Part shown: one piece after another, positions 28,001 to 36,382 of the stretch | Layout: each line of letters opens with the position of its first letter | Position numbering within the stretch: position 1 is the first letter of the stretch | Position numbers and translations under genes: made by a program | The notes under the pieces: model-generated | The model's database searches: none | Seen by the model: the letters and a program-made list of their open reading frames with translations, nothing else | Told to the model about the DNA's origin: nothing | IMG/VR virus record: IMGVR_UViG_3300027608_000031 | Span: 1-62,242 of that record | Strand: one strand, 5' to 3' | From: a virus | Taxonomy: Duplodnaviria > Caudoviricetes | DNA: 62,242 nucleotides

Positions 28001-28086
28001 TCTCAGAAGACATGTACCACGGGGTGCAGTTGAACAAGAAGTTGCGTCCTCTCATCGAGCAGTCAATCCGCGAACTGGAAGACTAA
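22027..28086 (+). CDS. large polyvalent/ejection protein with zincin metallopeptidase motif
   Basis: 2019 aa; YDP....IYL...ILHEAAH..EF.AE (HExxH); YVPLYRQG. Confidence 0.8.
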   Translation: MVITLPKVGNVEFPDNLSPEQLDVMLNNLARKYDFSLPKPDVGLGEIGKRGAMRGLGEIGIAIGDTLPGMVGSAIGANDYAERQMKEAEASRQLLQQKYPTRFKSYKDINSPFEALEYGVETLGELTPTLATSIVPGVGGSVLGGRLAGGAAFKAATAAGVPTRAGLAGVETAAKAGAQKGMYGGVFMGSFAQNAPEVFENIYQETGKFEPGVAALAGGFSAVLDSVLPVGVLNSLGSYGKLKVIEQMAKESGAAPKVWKYLGKEVSKSAATEGLTESAQEAISAYAAQVAGSTKGLLDPENVQKYKEAFVKGAVGGAGFGIPGGIAAGRTAKKDYSNTQEAKEALNQLAAQEEAARLQPTGLQNQIEGQFPTAGNTQADMEAALAENDARKAREIEINALQARMDEQRPGSRAYADLEDAIKKAKAKDADENAAKASESAFATAKPTPGTGGMFMPGVEKQRVENKISQEQGMRGFAFGDMGAQNAPKDPVTTQVLKALRISDRSQLGLDLLGTDMATPEGVRKFIQTMEDPQKTGTINVNEDNYQKVLDSLYADGRGGEVEAARAELQAEPISEKTQKQQSATRQFAFGDTNAGQPNTPTDRASTSVAPSPDQESAAAGVGAPTGDGVVLTKPDAGLPVVRKAEQSVAVEDQNAAPVATTTTDTAPPVVSAKRRKTTPVKATEIAPAETVEAQDIAKVNKTIKFGEDLKIAAEKLGRTASLKGMTELAKDAHAYFSKVLPELALKAIANDLVYQPTAYRNSKMKAFKGDPEMTFGTQAEAEFFKGQGGIHAKNAAQWVRQNLSPEAIAFMDKQIALYEKENASSQVHYSRIDKQQGVKKATKKQLAAEAKEAAADKKKVSVQKTIDDIYLDDAIETSYDDFINRGRGEGYFASPEIAALHGEAHPVVLHMLERGDVAGALQALADSGSSGLVQRIAGSLVKYLGDVKLAVGEARYDPKTNTIYLPANASEYEILHEAAHAALSHVLANPSHPITRKLNKLFEQIKGDIEGAYGATDLQEFAAEMWSNEVFRTRLKEMRTESPNLSMWDKIVNVLRKLMGYEPKQTSVVDAVDQMLSAIMGAPPAARYGESMYAQSIHKPNVAQQMMTGMGNIISNQPAMNSERAVKFLAATERMGISFREATQRFLNLSALGEVGEKILGKDSMDFARSVDGMIGYREELRAKLKPIADRLNKYRQNANYDAWSRLVHESSRLDVNPEAPISQYKGAPEREAAHRQFSAEFNKLNDEEKQLYRDTFGAYRGLFKELKGSLYSSLKETFPDEQAALSAYNKIIDQITKMGIDHYVPLYRQGTYWLTYTDKTNDAVSELYNSQAERDFARRKLEAEGNTNFDEFSRIDQFTVKNVPRGTMAAQIVKIMREGNADDEAVNKFLQLIVAAMPEASLLKSFQTRKGTLGYENDVALAFGNVTQNVTRQLSLMRYGDRMRRLVSNMKETAAGLRGQNQDRAIELINEFEARQEYAMNPKVSDWARYASTGAFYFNLAGNASSAVVNTLQTPMIVYPLLGGKYGWKDSGLALLAALKLYRTSGAKREVIDINGNKSMQDSWLEVGLSIDNTVSMGKAPQYAALMQRLKDLGFLQTSTAYDALDVNDRPGKAIDKTSNLAHKTAVISTYMFHHAERMNREITAVAAYELEMGRLKNNKKLSDAEKQAQAIEEAIKMVTFAHGAGHTESGPSIGHSDIGKVLTVFKRFGFTMYYMLFNTMNRALPVQGATGQQLEEIQAARRQLLGIYGTAALFAGAKGLPMYWIMEAAYNALNDDDEDDFDTVMRKYLGEFAFKGPVNYITNLGIADRVGWTDLIYRENKGGKADASALSQITEAILGAPYAIVNNMFRAAELANDGHMERAIETALPIALRNVLKGVRYATEGVNTLRGDPVMGDVNGYNAALQVLGFAPADLLAQYEINATAKKMGDVITKEEQSLLKKYYVAQREGDFERADMLEEKLFKLGDKYPELKITANTLKKSVTARDRISEDMYHGVQLNKKLRPLIEQSIRELED
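23807..23980 (+). CDS. candidate overprinted gene (+1 frame) inside the large ejection gene
   Basis: GGAG 23797-23800 then ATG 23807; 57-aa amphipathic peptide within a low-complexity linker of the main frame. Confidence 0.5.
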   Translation: MLDNLTPQQIEQALAWLHHPIKKAPPQELEHLQEMEWFLLSRMLDCLLSEKLNSPLQ

Positions 28087-28118
28087 AGAAAAAAACCCCC
28101 CAACTTTTGGTCGGGGGG
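28086..28118 (-). terminator. intrinsic terminator at the convergence of the two arms
   Basis: cccccc..gggggg stem with an A-run on the left (U-tail on minus strand). Confidence 0.75.
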
Positions 28119-28180
28119 CTAGGAGAAGGCAACTACAAAGGAGAGAGGAGATCAGTTGCTAGGCGAACTCTAACACAAGA

Positions 28181-28384
28181 TCATTTGACACGCCAGAACC
28201 TCACTCCATGCGTAGTGCCTTCGACACAAAAACGAAACTTGACTTTCATGCCCCGTTCCTTCGCGGCAGTGTCTACTTCGCCTGATAACACGTTAGGTGT
28301 TAACGTCGGTATATAGAACGAGCTGCCAACTACGAATTTATGCCATTCAATAACAATAGGTACGTTGCTATTATAAATCGTCAT
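28181..28384 (-). CDS. small hypothetical protein
   Basis: Coupled to primase end; W..F.VG.SF.IP...GVRFWRV. Confidence 0.7.
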   Translation of the reverse strand: MTIYNSNVPIVIEWHKFVVGSSFYIPTLTPNVLSGEVDTAAKERGMKVKFRFCVEGTTHGVRFWRVK

Positions 28385-31244
28385 CGCTAGGAGCGGGTAC
28401 AGGAGTGCTATCTTCGGGGTCTAGGGCTGTTGCTTTTGCGCAATCAATCACCAATGCACTCACAGGGGGTGTGGACATTGCAGACCCACGAGACATGGCT
28501 TTCTTCAAAGTTCCAATGCAAGCACCCATCTTGTACAGGTCGTCCACCAGCCCTTTGTAAGAGACTTGGTTCTCGCTACACCACTCGCGCAAGAGTTTCA
28601 CCGTCACGAACAAGTGCTTGGTGTCAGGCTCATAGCGGGTAATAAGTTCACCACGGGGTTCTCGTATTGGCGCTTCGGTAAGTCCTGAGCGTTTGTCCAC
28701 TGTGCTGTTGATGACCAGCATATTGTTGTTGTGCTCATTAAGAAATAATCCCATGTGTGCGAGCGGACCCGATATTCCCGGGCGTACTTCAACTCGCATC
28801 CTGCCAATAGTTTGTACAGCCCATGCGTAAATGTTTTCTACGGCAATGTTATGCAGACCTAGTTTCTTAGCAATCAAACCAGCAGTTATGGCACATGCGG
28901 CATTAGCAGACCAAAACCGCTCACGCTGAGTGAGACCAGCCGCTTTGTCAAACTTACGCTGGATTTTCTCCAACAACTTCTTGACCTCGGGTAAGTTGGC
29001 AATCACGTAGCGTATAAAGATTTCACCAGCCACGCCGTAGTTATCGTACATAGCGTTGAACGCGTTATCGGATTCAGCCTTGGACATGTCATCAGTCTTG
29101 GATACATTGAACTCCAGTATCCGCATCAACTCACCTTCGGGAAAGTCCTTCAAGTTGTACAACTGGTCGTACAAACTTTTGTTACCCGACGTAATCGCAA
29201 TCATCGCCCAGCGCAACGTGTTACTTCGTTCAGCGTTAACTTGTGACTGCATCCGGTTGCGCCCTCTACCATGCGTAATGCCATACGCCATGTTGCTAAC
29301 CTCTTCGTCAGCCATGTTGGTCAGTTCGTCAATCGTCACCGAGATGTTGCCAAGCACAGAGATACGGTGCATACGAGCCAAGTACTTATCTTCTTGGTTC
29401 ATCAGGGTTTCCAATGGACGCCCCCAAATGCTGTTGACCATGTGCTGAATAGTTGTCTTACCCACGCCTGAGCCGTTGTTGGTCAGGTGAATAATTGAGC
29501 CACTTAGTTTGGTGAACTTGAACAGGGCAGACCCAAACCCAGCAAACAGGGTAAACGCACGCACTTCGTTACCTTCACGGGCGTAGTTGTTAGCCACCCT
29601 AGACCACTCGTGTATCGTGCCCTTCTTTGTATACATCGTCGCCAACTCTGCGGTTGCTTGCGATGACGGGCTGTAGTTCACCCCTGCGGCAGTTATCTCA
29701 CGGTTACCAACTACAAACTTCGTGTCGTCCTCACACCATCCAAATTGTTGTCGGGCTTTCTCAGCCTCTGCAAGTTGTTGCAATTCACCTACCCAACGGG
29801 TTACATAAGCCATAAGTCCATCCAGTTTCTTGTTGTATGCAGTCACGCCTTGAAAGGCAATAATTTCTCTAAATCTGTCTCTCGACAGAACACTTGCTAA
29901 AGGCGCAGAGAACTCCCGTATACCGTCCTTGGGCATATGCAAGCGCATCCATAAAGATTCACCAGCATCAGGGTCAGTTAGCCTTTTGACCACGTAGAAG
30001 TCGTACTCATAAATGAGGTGGTCGCGTTCTTCTTCTGTCTCCTCGTCCTCTTTTTTCTTGGCTTTCTCAGAGGGCAAGCCACGCTTGTATACCCCACCGT
30101 TTTTGCCACGAAAGTATGGGAACGGATACTCAGGAATCTCAACCGTAATGTCTTCTTCTAGCGTAGCGTTGCGCATCACCACGATGTTGTCTTCTGCCGT
30201 AGCCGCCGCGATTTGTGACCCAATCTGTATGGGCGATGTAATCTTGTTGCGGTTTGGACAGTCAGTGCACCCTGTGGAATTTAGGCTGTGGAATGTCGCG
30301 CACTTATAAGGCTTACCAAATAGGGCATCTGCCTTTACCTTGGTGTCCTGTGGGTCGTACTCCTCATGGGCATGAGAAATCTTGTGGATTGCCAACTCAC
30401 CGTCTTCACAGTTAATGGCAATAGAGAGCCCCGCTCTCCACAAAGGCTCTTCAACATCTTGCTGGTTGCGGTATATATGCACGAGCTGCGCACAACCTTT
30501 ACCTTCAGCACTCTTACGCATGATTGTCCCAAAGCGAGACACGCTGTTTCCCATCAAGGCGCGAGTGGTCGCATCTATTGGTCGGCGTTGCGTAGGTACG
30601 GCAAAACCCAGTTCGTTGTTGACTTCTTCCTCAGTACCCGCACCGACAATCGCTTGGAATCGGGAGAACTCCATAGCGCCAGAAGAAACCAGCACATCAA
30701 CTCGTGACGGTGGAGAATCTTTATGGTTGAGTGTTTCGGGGATACGTAGGATACGAGCCGCATCTGCGGTTACCGCAGGGTCAGCCTTTAAGTCGTAAGC
30801 CGCACAGAATTTTTTGAACGCTTCAGCCGTGGGCTTCCAATCGTTGTAGAAAACTGCTTTGGTTAGTGTCCAGTAGGCGTGTACGCCACGGCCTGAGTTC
30901 ACTATCGTTGGGCGTGGTAGCCCTGTGTCCTTAACAAACTGCTTGAGTGCATCTAAAGCAACGGCTTGTGTTTCGTAAGGTTTATTCTCACCGCAGTCTA
31001 AGTCAACCCAAAAGGCTTTGAACCATTTTGCGTTTTGTGCGGTACGCCCTTCTGAGGCGTTTAAATATTTAGCACATCCAAAGTACGCGTCGTACCCCTG
31101 TGCTAACAGCCCTTCTACTACACCATCTATTTCTTCAATCGTCTCTACAAAAGTTTGCCTCGGGGCACCTTTCTTTAATCCCACCACACAGTACATGCCT
31201 TCTTCGGCAAGCACGGAGGAGAGAAAGGGAATCCTTGAGGTCAT
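28371..31244 (-). CDS. primase-helicase (AEP/RepB-like primase plus DUF927 helicase)
   Basis: FWVDLD, NSGRGVHAYW, Cys cluster, Walker A GSGVGKTT, Walker B TIDE. Confidence 0.85.
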   Translation of the reverse strand: MTSRIPFLSSVLAEEGMYCVVGLKKGAPRQTFVETIEEIDGVVEGLLAQGYDAYFGCAKYLNASEGRTAQNAKWFKAFWVDLDCGENKPYETQAVALDALKQFVKDTGLPRPTIVNSGRGVHAYWTLTKAVFYNDWKPTAEAFKKFCAAYDLKADPAVTADAARILRIPETLNHKDSPPSRVDVLVSSGAMEFSRFQAIVGAGTEEEVNNELGFAVPTQRRPIDATTRALMGNSVSRFGTIMRKSAEGKGCAQLVHIYRNQQDVEEPLWRAGLSIAINCEDGELAIHKISHAHEEYDPQDTKVKADALFGKPYKCATFHSLNSTGCTDCPNRNKITSPIQIGSQIAAATAEDNIVVMRNATLEEDITVEIPEYPFPYFRGKNGGVYKRGLPSEKAKKKEDEETEEERDHLIYEYDFYVVKRLTDPDAGESLWMRLHMPKDGIREFSAPLASVLSRDRFREIIAFQGVTAYNKKLDGLMAYVTRWVGELQQLAEAEKARQQFGWCEDDTKFVVGNREITAAGVNYSPSSQATAELATMYTKKGTIHEWSRVANNYAREGNEVRAFTLFAGFGSALFKFTKLSGSIIHLTNNGSGVGKTTIQHMVNSIWGRPLETLMNQEDKYLARMHRISVLGNISVTIDELTNMADEEVSNMAYGITHGRGRNRMQSQVNAERSNTLRWAMIAITSGNKSLYDQLYNLKDFPEGELMRILEFNVSKTDDMSKAESDNAFNAMYDNYGVAGEIFIRYVIANLPEVKKLLEKIQRKFDKAAGLTQRERFWSANAACAITAGLIAKKLGLHNIAVENIYAWAVQTIGRMRVEVRPGISGPLAHMGLFLNEHNNNMLVINSTVDKRSGLTEAPIREPRGELITRYEPDTKHLFVTVKLLREWCSENQVSYKGLVDDLYKMGACIGTLKKAMSRGSAMSTPPVSALVIDCAKATALDPEDSTPVPAPSDDDL

Positions 31245-31290
31245 TGTTCGCTCTTTTGAAAACCGTAGTCTGCTGGCGGCAGACGGTCGG

Positions 31291-31536
31291 TCAGGGTTTT
31301 TTAGATTTGAGTGTCTTAATCAGGTCACGTATGGTGTCGCGCATAGTGGGGTGGGGAAATGACTTCCCCAAGAACCACATGTAAACAGCCTGTCGCGATA
31401 CCGATAAATACTCTGCTACGTCTTGCACGGGTATGTCTCTCGAAACGCATATGCGCCCAAGTTGTACACCGATGTGCTCGTTGTCAGCCGTTTTGTTTGC
31501 TTGTACAAACTTACGGGAGTAACCTTTGTTGTTCAT
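31291..31536 (-). CDS. Cro/XRE-like HTH protein
   Basis: VQDVAEYLSVSRQAVYMWF.G; likely start MNNKG at 31536. Confidence 0.75.
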   Translation of the reverse strand: MNNKGYSRKFVQANKTADNEHIGVQLGRICVSRDIPVQDVAEYLSVSRQAVYMWFLGKSFPHPTMRDTIRDLIKTLKSKKP

Positions 31537-31958
31537 GGTCTCTGCATTGCTCCATAGTTGTCCCAATATTCTTTATCAAGGACTACATCTTTCACACTGC
31601 CTATCGTTACTTGTATGGAATCAGTTTCAACCACTATGCCGTCTTTACACCATATGATTTTTGGTACAGCATGTGTCCCTGCAAGGAAGTCCCTACCCGC
31701 CTGTGTGATACGGTACATCCCTGAGCGCGTTGCTCCATGTTCTGCTAAACCAAACCAAACTAAACGGCTTGCATGTGCCTCTGCCCTATAAGGGGCGCGA
31801 ACAGAAACGCCATTAACAATGACGCCATGTCCATGTTGGGCAACTACCCAGTCATCAGCCTTAGCCATGATTTCAAGCACAGTAACTTTGTGTTTGCACA
31901 TTCGGTGTGGGTTTAATTTCCGAATCTTTTGCCCACAACATTCACAAATTTTTGCCAT
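31533..31958 (-). CDS. hypothetical protein (CxxC plus winged-helix-like)
   Basis: CECCG; YRITQAGRDFL; GGAGG RBS. Confidence 0.7.
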   Translation of the reverse strand: MAKICECCGQKIRKLNPHRMCKHKVTVLEIMAKADDWVVAQHGHGVIVNGVSVRAPYRAEAHASRLVWFGLAEHGATRSGMYRITQAGRDFLAGTHAVPKIIWCKDGIVVETDSIQVTIGSVKDVVLDKEYWDNYGAMQRP

Positions 31959-31975
31959 TAGTAGCCTCCTTTGTA

Positions 31976-31993
31976 GGGGGGCATAAGCCCCCC
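31976..31993. terminator. GC hairpin downstream of the SSB-like gene
   Basis: ggggggc-ataa-gcccccc; T-run lies on the plus side, so direction is unclear. Confidence 0.5.
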
Positions 31994-32000
31994 GTTGTTT

Positions 32001-32870
32001 TTACTCAGCCCAGTCGTCCAAGATTTCGCTCACATCTTTCGGTGCGGCTTTCTTAGCGCGTTTGGTTGGTTCAGCTTCTTCGGCTGATACGTCTTCTGCT
32101 TTTGCTACAGGTGCAGGTGCGGCTACTGCTTTTGGTTTTGCGCCGTCCAGTGTTGCAGGGGTTGATGCAATCGCAGACTTGGCTTCTGCTGATTGACCCT
32201 TCTCTTGTGCCAATGCCATCTCGTCGGCTTCCAAAGGACGTAGTGCCTTGAACGTTAACTTAGGTGTAGCACTTGCTGTATCGAAACGCATCTCGGTCAC
32301 AACTGCTGTGATTGGCAAACCGTGGCTACCCAAGAACTTAGCATATGCTTGCAAAGGCATTTTGCCGCCCTCAACATTACCAAAGATTGACTGTGCGGGG
32401 AGTGTTAGTTGATACACATCTCCTTTGAGGTCGTTCTCAAGGGTAACTGCCAAGCGTTGGCTGTAACGGCAAGCACGTCCAGCGCCCTGAGTTGCAGAGC
32501 CAGCAATGTTTTGTGCACATGTTGCGCACTTGCCGGACTGTGGTTCGCTGACTTTGGAATCAGGTGAGACTCCATCGTTTGACCAGCATGAGGGGGCGAG
32601 GACTTGTCCTTCAACATAAGTTTCTGCATAGTAACTACGGGATACATGCGGGTTAGCCGCAACAATAACAATCGGCATGGCGCGGTCTTCGTTTTGCGCA
32701 ATTTCTTTGCCGTCAACAATCATGCGGAATACACCGCCTTTGATTGATATACGCTTGCCTGAGCCACCACCCGAACCCATCAAGGCTTTGGTAGTTGCGT
32801 CCAGTTCAAGGTTACGCAAGTGTGCGGGTAGGGTATTGCCACCCTTGGCAAATAAAGTCATTTCACTCAT
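32001..32870 (-). CDS. putative ssDNA-binding/annealing protein
   Basis: RISIKGG.F, CWSNDG..P, C..C..N, acidic/aromatic C-tail ILDDWAE. Confidence 0.65.
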   Translation of the reverse strand: MSEMTLFAKGGNTLPAHLRNLELDATTKALMGSGGGSGKRISIKGGVFRMIVDGKEIAQNEDRAMPIVIVAANPHVSRSYYAETYVEGQVLAPSCWSNDGVSPDSKVSEPQSGKCATCAQNIAGSATQGAGRACRYSQRLAVTLENDLKGDVYQLTLPAQSIFGNVEGGKMPLQAYAKFLGSHGLPITAVVTEMRFDTASATPKLTFKALRPLEADEMALAQEKGQSAEAKSAIASTPATLDGAKPKAVAAPAPVAKAEDVSAEEAEPTKRAKKAAPKDVSEILDDWAE

Positions 32871-33061
32871 ATAGTTTCTCCTGTGGTTGGTTTGGTTTGG
32901 GTATTTGTCATGGCGTCGAGGTCTGCACGTTTAATGCGTACCTTTGTGCCTACTTTGAAGTGCGGGATTTTTCCCTCACGTATCAGGGTGTAGACTGTTT
33001 GTCGGGAAACCCGCAAGTATTTTGCGACCTCCAAAACAGTCAGGGTTGTTTCAGCTTCCAC
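32867..33061 (-). CDS. excisionase-like HTH_17 DNA-binding protein
   Basis: LTV.EVA.YL.VSR.TVY.LI..G.IP..KVG..RI. Confidence 0.85.
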   Translation of the reverse strand: MEAETTLTVLEVAKYLRVSRQTVYTLIREGKIPHFKVGTKVRIKRADLDAMTNTQTKPTTGETI

Positions 33062-33458
33062 TTGTGCTTCTCCTTACAGTAACTGAGTATTTGCTATCTA
33101 CATTGACGCCCGGGGGCATCAGGTCAGGACTCTCCTCCAAAAGTTGTTTCAGTGTGGCTTGACTAATGCGCTTTTCCAAAAGGTCAGGCATTTGATGTTC
33201 CAAAATGAATTTGTGCATGGACGCCCAATCACTTGTCCAGTAACGGGTTTTGACACCACGTATAACCGTCCCGTGCTTGGTCTTGAGGCTATCGGCACCG
33301 ACGGTCTTGCAGAGGTCAAGTAACTTGCTCTCCACCATTTCCATCTGTGTCTTAACCGAACCATCTTCTTCTTCGTAACCACGTAGAAGTTCGGCTCTCT
33401 TGTCGCGCATCTTTATGTAGACGGCGACGAGTTTGTCGGCTGAAATGTCTTCAGTCAT
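33051..33458 (-). CDS. conserved replication-module hypothetical protein
   Basis: Coiled N-terminus, KT.HGT, LLEKRI, PPG; AGGAG RBS. Confidence 0.75.
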   Translation of the reverse strand: MTEDISADKLVAVYIKMRDKRAELLRGYEEEDGSVKTQMEMVESKLLDLCKTVGADSLKTKHGTVIRGVKTRYWTSDWASMHKFILEHQMPDLLEKRISQATLKQLLEESPDLMPPGVNVDSKYSVTVRRSTSGS

Positions 33459-33487
33459 TGTTCTCTCCTTCTCTCTTTGTGTTGTCC

Positions 33488-33515
33488 ATCATACCGCTAA
33501 ATTTAACATTGTCAA
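33488..33515 (-). promoter_or_regulatory. sigma70 promoter
   Basis: TTGACA (33515-33510), 16 bp, TATGAT (33493-33488). Confidence 0.7.
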
Positions 33516-33521
33516 GTATTG

Positions 33522-35069
33522 TTAACTCAGTATTTCCCCGTATAGGTCAATAATTTTGTGGTGAATATCAACTTTGTTATTCAACATGGTGTACATGCGG
33601 CGTTCTACACCACTACCCTGCAAGTGCACTACAACTGATGGGTTCTTTTGCCCTGCCCTATGGACTCGTGCGTTGCATTGCAAATATGTCTCTACGGACA
33701 TTACTGGACTCCAATACACAATCGTGTTTGCGGCATGTAGGGTAACCCCGTGTGACGCCGCTTGCGGTTGTATGACTAACACTTGTGGGCTGGCAGTCGT
33801 TTGGAATCTCTCAAAAATTTCTGTGCGTTTGCTTGCGGCTACCCCGCCATGAATGACTGCGGTTGCATACCCATGCTTCTTTAAGTCTTCTAGTACAACT
33901 TCAATCGCATGTCTAAACGGTACGAACACCAGCACCTTGTGGCTGGACTCCTCAATAACTTCACGCAAGACGGCTAGGCGGTTGCTTGCATCGAACTGCA
34001 CAACTTCGCCTGTATCGGAATACACCGCACCACCTGATAGTTGTAGTAACTTGTTTAAGTTAGCGGCGGCGTTGACTGTTGTTATCTCTTCACCAGCCGC
34101 TTGTACGATTAACTGACGGCGAAGTAACTCATAGTATTTCTCTTGCTGTGCAGTAAGCGGTACGTCTCGCGTTACGTAGGTCATCTCAGGTAAATCTAAA
34201 CATTGCTCTTTCGTAAAACGTATCGCAGGTTGTAGTGCTTTGTATACCGTGTCGTTCGCATCGGGCTTCGGCACCCACTTGAACTGCGTGACTTTGTTCA
34301 TCACTTGGTCTCTGAACCCACCAAAGAATCGTGGGATATTGTTGGGGTTGACTAACTTTGCTATGCCATACGCATCTACTGGAGACTGTGAAGCTGGCGT
34401 TCCTGTCAACATCCATAGCCATGACGTAGGCTGGAGTAATTTACTCAAGATTTTCCAACGCTTCGTCTGAGGATTTTTATATGCGTTCGCCTCGTCAACC
34501 ACGATTAAATCAAAGCCACCCTGTACAACGGCTTCCGCTACGATTTCTAAACCGTCGTAGTTAATGATGACGAACTCTGCATCACCCTTAATTATTTCTC
34601 TACGTTTCTCAGGCTTGCCATACGCGACATCTACTCTGCGGTGCATCGCAAATCTAAACAAGTCATTACGCCATGCCGAGTCCATGATGGACAAGGGGCA
34701 GATTACAAGCACGCGCTTGATAATCTTTTGCATCATTAGATAGTCTGCCGACCATATAACACTAGCCGTTTTGCCTGTGCCCTGTTCGTTAAAACAGAAC
34801 GCACGGCGGTGCATGGTTAAAAAAGACGATGTAACTTTTTGATGGTCAAATGGTTTATAAAGCCCCGGCCACTTATACGTTCCATTGATAGGTGACGGTA
34901 CGTTGATACGTAAGTTTTTCAACACTAGAGTCTCTTCCAAGCCCCAGTTCACTAACACACTTGCTGAGTTCTCATCTCTCTCCAACACCTTGCTCTTTGG
35001 AATCACCGTAGTGATTCTGTCGGGGTGTTTTACCTTGAGCAGTATTGCTCTGTTCTCAATAATCTCCAT
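33522..35069 (-). CDS. SNF2-family SF2 helicase
   Basis: EQGTGKT, VVDEA, LTGTP, Q..ARVHRAGQ; start MEIIEN at 35069 with GGAG RBS. Confidence 0.9.
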   Translation of the reverse strand: MEIIENRAILLKVKHPDRITTVIPKSKVLERDENSASVLVNWGLEETLVLKNLRINVPSPINGTYKWPGLYKPFDHQKVTSSFLTMHRRAFCFNEQGTGKTASVIWSADYLMMQKIIKRVLVICPLSIMDSAWRNDLFRFAMHRRVDVAYGKPEKRREIIKGDAEFVIINYDGLEIVAEAVVQGGFDLIVVDEANAYKNPQTKRWKILSKLLQPTSWLWMLTGTPASQSPVDAYGIAKLVNPNNIPRFFGGFRDQVMNKVTQFKWVPKPDANDTVYKALQPAIRFTKEQCLDLPEMTYVTRDVPLTAQQEKYYELLRRQLIVQAAGEEITTVNAAANLNKLLQLSGGAVYSDTGEVVQFDASNRLAVLREVIEESSHKVLVFVPFRHAIEVVLEDLKKHGYATAVIHGGVAASKRTEIFERFQTTASPQVLVIQPQAASHGVTLHAANTIVYWSPVMSVETYLQCNARVHRAGQKNPSVVVHLQGSGVERRMYTMLNNKVDIHHKIIDLYGEILS

Positions 35070-35090
35070 GCTCTCTCCGATTGTTATGCA

Positions 35091-35264
35091 CTCCAAACAC
35101 GGTCTGTGTTTAGAGGAAATTGGTGGCACCTTGCGGGTGCCATTCGGTTAAATCACCTACCTCTAGAAAGGGGAGCGGTAGGCTCTAACTGATGCGGTTT
35201 TCGTTTCCATGAGGGGATTGACAGCCCCCGCGCTACTTAACACTCACACCTAACTCAGTAGCGC
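35091..35264 (-). ncRNA. structured leader/ncRNA upstream of the helicase
   Basis: Five consecutive hairpins; G-U pairs favour the minus strand. Confidence 0.55.
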
Positions 35265-35274
35265 ATATCTAAAA

Positions 35275-35535
35275 TTACTTCATTGACTTGTCGGGATTCC
35301 TTTTGAACGAACGGTTCTTTGCGGGGGCTTGCAAGGTGTAACCCTCTTTGTTAGTGCCACCCTTACTCAGCGCAACCTTGTGGGCAACATCTTTACCCTT
35401 GCGGTCTACGCCCTTCTTGTCCAGCGCACGTCTAGCGCGTTGGCGTTCCATGCGTGCTTCGTGCGCACCCGCACGTTTTTTTTCCAGTTCATACTCATGC
35501 TTGGCATCGCGGTCTGATTTGTTTTTGTATGTCAT
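35275..35535 (-). CDS. HNH-like small basic protein
   Basis: GKDVAH...LSKGGTN....NRS. Confidence 0.7.
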   Translation of the reverse strand: MTYKNKSDRDAKHEYELEKKRAGAHEARMERQRARRALDKKGVDRKGKDVAHKVALSKGGTNKEGYTLQAPAKNRSFKRNPDKSMK

Positions 35536-36221
35536 TACTCATTCCTTCCGTTGTGTGGGCATATAAGCACGGGGCACCATGCTTTACATGTGAAGTTTTT
35601 CTTTGGATTAAACACGCCTGACTCGTATGCTGTTTCACGGGTCACCAACATGTTATCCAGTTGTGCAAATATGTTAAGCCCAGTAGCCACCTTGTACTGC
35701 GCCCTGATGAAGTCACCCACCACGACAAACAGTAGTCCACCCTTGACAGTTTCTATCTCAGGGAAATGCACGAATATGCAAGCCGCCATGAGTGCAAGTT
35801 GTTTAGGGTCAGCGTACTTACTGCTCTTGCCTGTTTTGTAATCAATTACACGGGCTTCTTTCTTTTCTTTATTGATAACGATTAGGTCAGCAACACCACG
35901 ATACCAAACTTCTTTATCAAAGAATCCACAAGGTACAAGGCGTCCATCTTCTTTCTTGATGCCCATCTTGAGTTCACAATGCTTCTCGCCTTTCATGTTC
36001 TTCAACACGTCCAACATCGGCAATATGTAGTCGTACTTTGCAGGTAGTGGTTTGTCGTCCCGTATGTAGTGCTCTGCGGCAGAGTGCAAGTCTTTGCCAT
36101 ACATCATCGCGTCGCTCTCAGGTTCCTTGATGTCCTTCGCCACTCGCAAGTGGTAATATTTTTTAGGGCACTGGTCGAACAGCGTGATGCTTGAGTAACT
36201 CCATGCGGGTGCTTTGTTCAT
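35535..36221 (-). CDS. PD-(D/E)XK Cas4/RecB-like exonuclease
   Basis: WSYS...CP, G..D...DYKTGK, QL, C..C....C; start MNKAP at 36221. Confidence 0.85.
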   Translation of the reverse strand: MNKAPAWSYSSITLFDQCPKKYYHLRVAKDIKEPESDAMMYGKDLHSAAEHYIRDDKPLPAKYDYILPMLDVLKNMKGEKHCELKMGIKKEDGRLVPCGFFDKEVWYRGVADLIVINKEKKEARVIDYKTGKSSKYADPKQLALMAACIFVHFPEIETVKGGLLFVVVGDFIRAQYKVATGLNIFAQLDNMLVTRETAYESGVFNPKKNFTCKAWCPVLICPHNGRNE

Positions 36222-36382
36222 TAGTTTGTAGCCCCTATGTGAACCCAACGCATTACAGTCTCGTCGTAAATCATTGACGGCATAACGGGATGCTTAATGA
36301 CTACCTCATTAGCGGAAGTAAGCACCATCTCGGTCTTCTCGTCGTACCCAAGTGGGAACGTAGTAATAGGTTGCGGTGTCAT
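36221..36382 (-). CDS. small hypothetical protein, 53 aa
   Basis: Hand translation MTPQPITTFPLGYDEK...; fills the gap between polA and the nuclease with TAATG coupling. Confidence 0.6.
   Translation of the reverse strand: MTPQPITTFPLGYDEKTEMVLTSANEVVIKHPVMPSMIYDETVMRWVHIGATN

Noticed and set aside
158-28055. Numerous minus-strand ORFs in the late arm (and plus-strand ORFs in 28.4-52.9 kb)
   Set aside because: Antisense shadows of well-supported genes, without RBS or motifs
22027-28086. Virion RNA polymerase (N4-like) that would read the palindromes as hairpin promoters
   Set aside because: No T7-type or DxDGD polymerase motifs recognised, and the early genes have consensus sigma70 promoters
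32867-33061. Integration module
   Set aside because: Excisionase-like HTH only; no tyrosine or serine recombinase or att site recognised
35070-35129. N-terminal extension of the helicase (likewise track starts 13651, 36248, 38275, 52681, 53093, 58008)
   Set aside because: Downstream ATGs have an RBS or stop-start coupling; the extensions run through hairpins or neighbouring genes
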